Positions 57,883 to 64,000 of a stretch of 64,000 nt of DNA are shown piece after piece. The stretch lies in the NCBI GenBank assembly GCA_963724325.1, contig CAVRUH010000001.1:256001-320000 (forward strand). The letters run 5' to 3'. This DNA is from Waddliaceae bacterium. Lineage in GTDB: Bacteria > Chlamydiota > Chlamydiia > Chlamydiales > Waddliaceae. A model generated the notes under the pieces. That model was not told where the DNA came from. It saw only the letters and a list, made by a program, of their open reading frames with translations, and did not search any database. A program made the position numbers and the translations under genes. Position 1 is the stretch's first letter, and every line of letters starts with the position of its first letter.

Positions 57883-59057
57883 TTTCGTTTGCCCTCAATG
57901 ATATCGAGTGTGTTTACTGGATCTTTTCCTAACCACCAGGCCTCTGTAGGAGGGGTGATGCGGGTCCCTTTTGTCATCAGGTATTGGAATAGTGCTTCAA
58001 ATTTATAATTTGGGATGTTTGTGGTGCGTTTTTCTGTGCCTCTAGGATCATAGTCGAAGAAATGTTGGAATGAGGGCATGATAGATCCCTTGCTGGCTGT
58101 TTTTGGGGACCAAAAGTGTGACTGATGCCAGTCGCGGCTTGGACGCTTGACGCCGACTCGAGAAAGGTCGGGGCCATTGCGTTTGGTTCCTGGGAAGGTA
58201 ATCTTTTGGTAGATGTATTCATTGGCGGAGGAAGGTGGAGCTGGGAATGAGTCTGAACCATTGAGAGTTACATCTTGAATGAGAGTTCTAGTTTGGTCGG
58301 TGTGGCAGTACCAGCATCCTTCGATAGCGTAGAGATGTTCTCCATACTGGATCATTTCTTTTCGCGAACGGAATCCTAGCGGATGTTGTTTGAGTTCATT
58401 TATGTTTGCGACTGACTTGCCATTGATTGGATCGTATTTCCAACCTTCTTGGCCTCCAAATTTAAAAAATGCGATCTTGAATTCAAAGGGATTATTGACA
58501 TAGATGACCCCCCGGTCTTTATGGAATTCCTGTTTAGTGGTTTCGTCAAGTATCACGAAATCTTTATCGATCCAATCCTCGATGATCCGATCGATCTGGG
58601 CAACGGCAAAAGCTTCATCACCTGAAGGAATAAAGAGTTCAAATACATCGTAGGAAGCATTTTGATTCTGTTCTGCGGGGCGGCGGAGCAAGATTAGTTG
58701 AGATGTGAGCTTTAGTTTTTGGTCTCCCAATTTTGTTATATATTTTTCGAGTTCGGGAGGCGCTATGAAACGAAGGGCTTCTGATTCTTGAAAGGCTAAT
58801 AGAGTGAAGTCTTTTTTGAGGTGGTAGACAGCTTGGAGAGCTGTACTATCGCTGCGCAGGGTGCTGAGGTAGATATTTGGATCAGCAACTTCGTACATTT
58901 GAACCTGATATTGACTTGTGGGTTGCGTCCAGGTAGGGTCGATATAGCTTGGTGCAATGAGGGTGACGCCGACGGCTCCGGAAAATAGGAGAATAATCCC
59001 TATAATCGTTAAAATTGCTGAAAGTTCAATTTTGTAGGCCCAGTGGTTTGAACTCAT
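57879..59057 (-). CDS. ccoO: cbb3-type cytochrome c oxidase subunit II with large insertion
   Basis: YAIEGCWYCHTDQTR, GTKRNGPDLSRVG, WHQSHFWSP, SIMPSF. Confidence 0.88.
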   Translation of the reverse strand: MSSNHWAYKIELSAILTIIGIILLFSGAVGVTLIAPSYIDPTWTQPTSQYQVQMYEVADPNIYLSTLRSDSTALQAVYHLKKDFTLLAFQESEALRFIAPPELEKYITKLGDQKLKLTSQLILLRRPAEQNQNASYDVFELFIPSGDEAFAVAQIDRIIEDWIDKDFVILDETTKQEFHKDRGVIYVNNPFEFKIAFFKFGGQEGWKYDPINGKSVANINELKQHPLGFRSRKEMIQYGEHLYAIEGCWYCHTDQTRTLIQDVTLNGSDSFPAPPSSANEYIYQKITFPGTKRNGPDLSRVGVKRPSRDWHQSHFWSPKTASKGSIMPSFQHFFDYDPRGTEKRTTNIPNYKFEALFQYLMTKGTRITPPTEAWWLGKDPVNTLDIIEGKRK

Positions 59058-60460
59058 GCGGACACCTCTTCAGGTTTCAACATAATTGTATTAAAGATGT
59101 TAATGGCAAAAATGATATTGGCGATAAGTATGATGCCTCCTCCAACGCCTCTTAGAATCCACCAAGGTCTCATATCGGCAACAGTTTGGAGGAATGGAAG
59201 AACGCTCAGAGCAGTATGATGTTGTGCATAGGTTGAACCATCGGCCCATGTGGACCATTGCATCCCTTGATAGAATCCGCCTACAGATAATGCAAAGAGA
59301 AATGGGATTGTACCAATGATATTAAGTCCAAAATGCCAATCGGCCATCCGCTCAGACCATAATGGTTTTCCCGTAATCACCGGAATGCATTGGTAGATTC
59401 CGGCAAAAGCAAAAAATGTAAAGGTAGCATAGAGGGAAATATGAGAGTGTCCGATAACCCAGTCTGTTTTGGAGGTGATTTCGTTAATGTTTCTGAGGGC
59501 CATCAGGGGGCCCTGAATGCATGTGATGAAGTAGAACATGGTTCCCATGATGATAAAACGAACGGGAGCGGATTGAGTGTATTTTTTCCATTCTGGAAGG
59601 ATCGTATAGAACAGATTATGGACCACGGTGAATACTGGGATGAAAAGCCAGATGGAAAAAATCACGGCGACCGTTTGGAGCCATTGGGAAATGGGTCCAT
59701 GCATCATGTGGTGGGCGCCAATCCAACCATAGACAAAGGCGATGGACCAGAATCCAATCATGGACATTTTATGACTATATATAGGGGTATTAGCAAGTTT
59801 TGGGAGGAAGTAGTATGCAGCTGCGAGACCCATAGGAGTAAATATTAGACCAACTAGGTTGTGCACGTAGAACCAACTCACATTAACTCGTGAAATCCCT
59901 TCTGGGACAAAATTTATTCCATAACTACCGACCAGATAGGTGAAAGTGGCCCAAATAAGAGTTCCCATAGCATACCAAAGGGAAACGTACATTTTTTGAT
60001 ATTTTCGAGTGAATATGGTCATAAAAATATTTATTCCCACTAGCACCCAAGCTATTACAAAGATCGGTTTTACTGGGATCCACCAGACCCAATTAGGCAG
60101 TTCGGCATATTCCCAACCGAAGTTGGTGCCCCATGGATAGGAATAGACTCCTGTGACAAGACTTAGCCACCAGAGAGCGATAGAGCAATAGGCCATTCTG
60201 GAGCTCCAGATGGACACACCGCATAGTCTGGGGACGAAGTAGTAAAAAAAGCCAACACCCACTGAATAAAGCCATAGAAGAGCTACAGAACCCACATGTA
60301 TCGGGCGAATTTTTCCGAAATGAATGTATTCTCCAGAGAAATAATCGGGAAATATGAATGTGTTGAAGGCAATGAAGGTGCCGATGGTCATTCCAAGCAG
60401 CATAAAGATGATGGCTGGATAGATCATGAGCTTTACTGGGAGATCATCATACTTTGTCAT
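59054..60460 (-). CDS. ccoN: cbb3-type cytochrome c oxidase subunit I
   Basis: FGKIRPIH, EYAELP, WFYVHN, YGWIGAHH, DWVIGHSH. Confidence 0.92.
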   Translation of the reverse strand: MTKYDDLPVKLMIYPAIIFMLLGMTIGTFIAFNTFIFPDYFSGEYIHFGKIRPIHVGSVALLWLYSVGVGFFYYFVPRLCGVSIWSSRMAYCSIALWWLSLVTGVYSYPWGTNFGWEYAELPNWVWWIPVKPIFVIAWVLVGINIFMTIFTRKYQKMYVSLWYAMGTLIWATFTYLVGSYGINFVPEGISRVNVSWFYVHNLVGLIFTPMGLAAAYYFLPKLANTPIYSHKMSMIGFWSIAFVYGWIGAHHMMHGPISQWLQTVAVIFSIWLFIPVFTVVHNLFYTILPEWKKYTQSAPVRFIIMGTMFYFITCIQGPLMALRNINEITSKTDWVIGHSHISLYATFTFFAFAGIYQCIPVITGKPLWSERMADWHFGLNIIGTIPFLFALSVGGFYQGMQWSTWADGSTYAQHHTALSVLPFLQTVADMRPWWILRGVGGGIILIANIIFAINIFNTIMLKPEEVSA

Positions 60461-63400
60461 GTGTCAATTCCTTAAAGATGGTGCGTTGTTTTTCTCTGAG
60501 CTGTTTTGCTTCGTTGAATCCCTTTTGGATTTCAAATTTTAGCTTATCTGGGAGATTTAGGGTAATTTGATCTGCTAAAGCTTCGATTTTTTCTTCCTTT
60601 TTAGGATCGTATGTTGCATCTAATTTGCCATCTTTCATGAAATAGGTGATGCTATCAGATGAAATAAGATCTAAAAGTATCCGTAAAGGATTTTCCACAA
60701 ATGATTTACCAATGAGCACGATTCCGATAACTTGGTAGATGTATCCTTCTTCTTTTACGGTTTTTTTGAGTTCTACAAGAAGTTTATCGTCTTCTTGTTG
60801 CGTTTTAAGCAGGGGGAGTAGATTGAGCTCCTCTTTATAGAGGTCGAGTTTTTCCTGTGTTGTTGAAGCAGTTTCTTGCCGCATTTTCAAGTCGGTAATT
60901 TGTTGCTGATACTTATTGAGAATTGCGTAACCAGCAACCCTGGCATCGTCGATAGTTTGATCGGCCCGATCAAACTTTTCATATAAAGCATTAAATAATT
61001 TATCTCGCTCATCTTGAGATTCACTTAATGAGCGGATGAAAATTACTAATTGAGCTCTTTGGAGCGACGTTGTTTGATCTCCCCAAGGAATCATAGCAGT
61101 TCCTGGAACGCCATATTTGATGGAACGAAGCAATCTCAAATCATCTTTGGAGTCAATCCAGTGAAGGTTTGTCAACATTCTGGGCTTTGCATCAAACATA
61201 GTACCTGCTCGGTATCCGGTGCCATCGGCTTCAATTCCATGACAAACGGAACAGTTGAGTTCGAAGAAACTTTGCCCAGCTTTAATATTTTCTTCAGTGA
61301 AATACTTTTTCTTAAAGTAGTATACATTTTTATCGGAACCTCCAAGGGTATTTGGAGCAATATCAAATGTTTCTTCTACTTCATCATCTAATGTTTTTGG
61401 AGCTTCTTCAGCGGCGTTTAGCATGCCAACTTTTGATTTGGCTTCTTTGAGTTCGAAAAATTCAGGGGGAGGCCCTGATTTTAGCTCGCCTTTTTCCAGT
61501 TTCATTTCCTTTAAGGCCTCTTGAGGGCTATATTGCCATTTTGGAACATCTTTTGAGCTCTTAATGACCTCGCCTCCAAGCAATGAAGAAAATAGCCAGT
61601 CGACAAGTTGTTTTATTTCCTTCTCTGAAATAACAGGAATACCATCGGCGGTGGCTTTATCGGTTGCAGCTTCCCCCCAAGGCGGCATAGGGGTTCCCTT
61701 TACACCATGAATGATCGAATTGATGACGTTTTCTTTTGTGAAATTTCGAAGGAAATCGGCATTTCTCAAGTTTTTGGGTATAGGATAGATCCATTGTGCT
61801 ACAGGACCGTCGCCATGAAGGTATTCGCCATGGCATTGAGAGCAGTAAGTTTGATAGGCAACTTCTGGACTGAAGCCCTTCTTTTCCCAAATTTCACGAA
61901 CTTCATCTCTATTTTTCTTGCCAAGAGTATCTAACATATAAGTCAGAGCATAAAATTTGCTGTCGTCAAAAGGAAATGCAGGCATAATAGAGCGTGCGAT
62001 ATGTCGGCTCGGTTTGCGAAAGTGTTCGATGAGCCATTCATCTGAACGATAGACTCCAGACCAATTTGGTCGAGGTCCAACAATGCGTCCAAGGCCATAT
62101 TCTTGGATAAATGTCATGAGAACACGACGGATTCTTTCTGTCCATGCCTTATCATTCTGTTTGGTTCGCGATGCATATCGAAATGGCGTGTAATATGATT
62201 CAATCAATTGCGGATATTGACTCTCAATTTCTTCAAGAATAGAATTTTCACGTACATTATCCACAATTCTTTGGTCAATTTCGGATGCATTGTCTTCAAT
62301 CACTTTTACAATTTCTGATCCCACAATTGTTTCCGGAAACAACTTTTTAAACCATTGCGTCTCATTATAACGGGTGTCAAAATTGTCGTTTTTCTTGACT
62401 GCGCTATAGCCTGCATTCGATTCAAAACCTTTCAGACGGTGACATGCAGCACACCCTTCAGTAGCAAATATGATCATTGAATGACGAAGATCGTGCAGCA
62501 TAGCTGGATTTATAGGCTTTTCAATTTCAACTTTTTCTCCTCCATCCCACTTCATGATTTTTTTGCGATAATCGGTTTCTGATCTCGATTTTCCTCTTCC
62601 ATTTTGTGCTAACATGAACGTCATTAAATCTTCGAGTTCAGGATGATCCAATCGATAATTAGGCATAGTGGAAGTACGGAGGTCCCCCTGAGGCCAAACC
62701 ATTTTTTCCTTGAGGTACCAGGGATACCTCGACCCTGCATTGGTAAGTTCTGGTCCCACACCTCCACGAGAAATTCCATCGACGCGGTGGCAGGCATAAC
62801 AGGCCTGTGCTACAAATAATTCCTCACCCCGATCGAAATGCTTGAGACCCAATTCTCCACTTTTTTGCAAGTGACATTGCACGCATTTTGCGTCGATAAG
62901 ACCGCCTACATAAATTGGGGTTGTTTGGAACAACAGACTGTGTCCGGGCTTGTGATTGAATACTTTGGCAAATAATGGATCATTTTTAGGATCAGATTCA
63001 GTAAATACAGGCATTGGCCCCAAGAATTCTTCTTCATATTGATCATCAAAAACAGGTCCGTGGGCATTCATTGTTGTCAAACCTCGACCATTTCCATTGT
63101 GACATGAGGTACACCCATATTCTTCCATAGGATGGTATTCAAAAGGACGTGTTTCTTTGCCTATAAGTGGATGCATGCGAAGCACTTTTGTCACATCGTA
63201 GGTATTTTCTCCAACCGTAACAGTCTTAAGTGCTTTAAGCTTTTCAGCTTCTTTAATTTTCCCTTCTTTCTCATAGGCGAGAATTTTTTCATCTACCATT
63301 TTCCAGACGTAGTCTTCACTCGTCGGAGAAAAATGTTTATATTCCAAGGCTAAGTGGCATGAAGTACATCGGTCTATTGTTGGATTTCCCTTATCTTCCT

Positions 63401-63608
63401 TTTCAAAAACTATTTGTTTTATCCCGAAAGTAAACGGAGGAGGCGGTTTCCCGCTCGATTCAGATCGCAATTTCTCCAAATCCCAATAAATATCTTGATA
63501 GGTTTTATACTCGGGGAATATTTCTCTATAGAAAAAAGCTCCAAAAAAAACGGTTGCGACAACACCTAAAGAGATCAATGCCAATTGATAGTAATATTCG
63601 GATCTCAT
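60447..63608 (-). CDS. Membrane-anchored multiheme cytochrome c (7 CxxCH)
   Basis: CTSCH x2, CVQCH, CYACH, CAACH, CSQCH, CSVCH; N-terminal TM; start placed at MRSEY. Confidence 0.9.
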   Translation of the reverse strand: MRSEYYYQLALISLGVVATVFFGAFFYREIFPEYKTYQDIYWDLEKLRSESSGKPPPPFTFGIKQIVFEKEDKGNPTIDRCTSCHLALEYKHFSPTSEDYVWKMVDEKILAYEKEGKIKEAEKLKALKTVTVGENTYDVTKVLRMHPLIGKETRPFEYHPMEEYGCTSCHNGNGRGLTTMNAHGPVFDDQYEEEFLGPMPVFTESDPKNDPLFAKVFNHKPGHSLLFQTTPIYVGGLIDAKCVQCHLQKSGELGLKHFDRGEELFVAQACYACHRVDGISRGGVGPELTNAGSRYPWYLKEKMVWPQGDLRTSTMPNYRLDHPELEDLMTFMLAQNGRGKSRSETDYRKKIMKWDGGEKVEIEKPINPAMLHDLRHSMIIFATEGCAACHRLKGFESNAGYSAVKKNDNFDTRYNETQWFKKLFPETIVGSEIVKVIEDNASEIDQRIVDNVRENSILEEIESQYPQLIESYYTPFRYASRTKQNDKAWTERIRRVLMTFIQEYGLGRIVGPRPNWSGVYRSDEWLIEHFRKPSRHIARSIMPAFPFDDSKFYALTYMLDTLGKKNRDEVREIWEKKGFSPEVAYQTYCSQCHGEYLHGDGPVAQWIYPIPKNLRNADFLRNFTKENVINSIIHGVKGTPMPPWGEAATDKATADGIPVISEKEIKQLVDWLFSSLLGGEVIKSSKDVPKWQYSPQEALKEMKLEKGELKSGPPPEFFELKEAKSKVGMLNAAEEAPKTLDDEVEETFDIAPNTLGGSDKNVYYFKKKYFTEENIKAGQSFFELNCSVCHGIEADGTGYRAGTMFDAKPRMLTNLHWIDSKDDLRLLRSIKYGVPGTAMIPWGDQTTSLQRAQLVIFIRSLSESQDERDKLFNALYEKFDRADQTIDDARVAGYAILNKYQQQITDLKMRQETASTTQEKLDLYKEELNLLPLLKTQQEDDKLLVELKKTVKEEGYIYQVIGIVLIGKSFVENPLRILLDLISSDSITYFMKDGKLDATYDPKKEEKIEALADQITLNLPDKLKFEIQKGFNEAKQLREKQRTIFKELTHDKV

Positions 63609-63609
63609 T

Positions 63610-64000
63610 TTAATGCCTTGAAAAATTTTCGGTCCATGGCCATATCCATCCCCAGTTTGCCCCTCGGAAATAGGTGCCAATAATAATTAAAATCCCTTGC
63701 CATGTCATAAATAAGGTATACAAAAAAATTGCCAAATAACGACTTCGGTGGAACCAGACCCCTTCTCCCTTAGGATTGCGATCTAAATAGGGAATTGCCA
63801 TCAACCCAACTACCATCAGCCCAGGTATTGCAACTCCGCCCCAGAAGGCATCATAAGCAACCATTTCCTGCAATCCTAAGAAATACCATGGAGCTTTCGA
63901 CGGATTCGGGGGTTTGGTCGGATTTGCCGGTTCCTCAAGAGGTGCATCGATAAATGAAAGCCCCAGCACAAGCACTAATGAGAATAAAAATGCCACCATT
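63610..64000 (-). CDS. Cytochrome b C-terminal / subunit IV-like protein of a quinol:cytochrome c reductase (5' end probably outside window)
   Basis: APLEEPANP, PNPSKAPWYFLGLQE, IPYLDRNP. Confidence 0.85.
   Translation of the reverse strand, partial: MVAFLFSLVLVLGLSFIDAPLEEPANPTKPPNPSKAPWYFLGLQEMVAYDAFWGGVAIPGLMVVGLMAIPYLDRNPKGEGVWFHRSRYLAIFLYTLFMTWQGILIIIGTYFRGANWGWIWPWTENFSRH

Noticed and set aside
63609..63680. N-terminal extension of the multiheme cytochrome in the ORF track
   Set aside because: Overlaps the cytochrome b gene; ATG 63608 directly follows its stop and precedes the TM anchor.

Overview
AT-rich bacterial chromosomal segment, most likely from an environmental chlamydia (Parachlamydiales-like). 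This is inferred from the mutL-pepP, bS22-mnmG-lplA and cca-trmH-rsgA gene neighbourhoods plus Inc-like, F-box and ankyrin effector-type genes. The first ~24.7 kb is accessory. It holds an integrated-element edge (Cro-like HTH, truncated BRO, and an unannotated lysozyme-like/DUF3892/hydrolase fusion), SDR/TetR genes, a decayed IS607-TnpB element, and a convergent sugar-catabolism cluster (GH39, GH144-like, FAD/Fe-S oxidase, pyruvate oxidase, ASRT, enolase superfamily). It also holds a frameshifted BNR-4 gene, a three-gene exported glycan-modifying operon with eukaryote-type domains (O-methyltransferase + GT43-like fusion, PLOD-type GT, DUF579/GXM-like methyltransferase; top candidate system), and two Inc-like paralogues. 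The remainder has housekeeping genes, a split rml/O-antigen locus interrupted by effector-like genes and RloA/RloB, a BIME-like 151-bp palindromic array, an ExxR-less cytochrome P450, two type II TA modules, and the distal part of a cytochrome b / 7-heme cytochrome c / cbb3 oxidase operon. No rRNA, tRNA or CRISPR array was recognised. All family assignments come from motifs read by eye; no searches were run.
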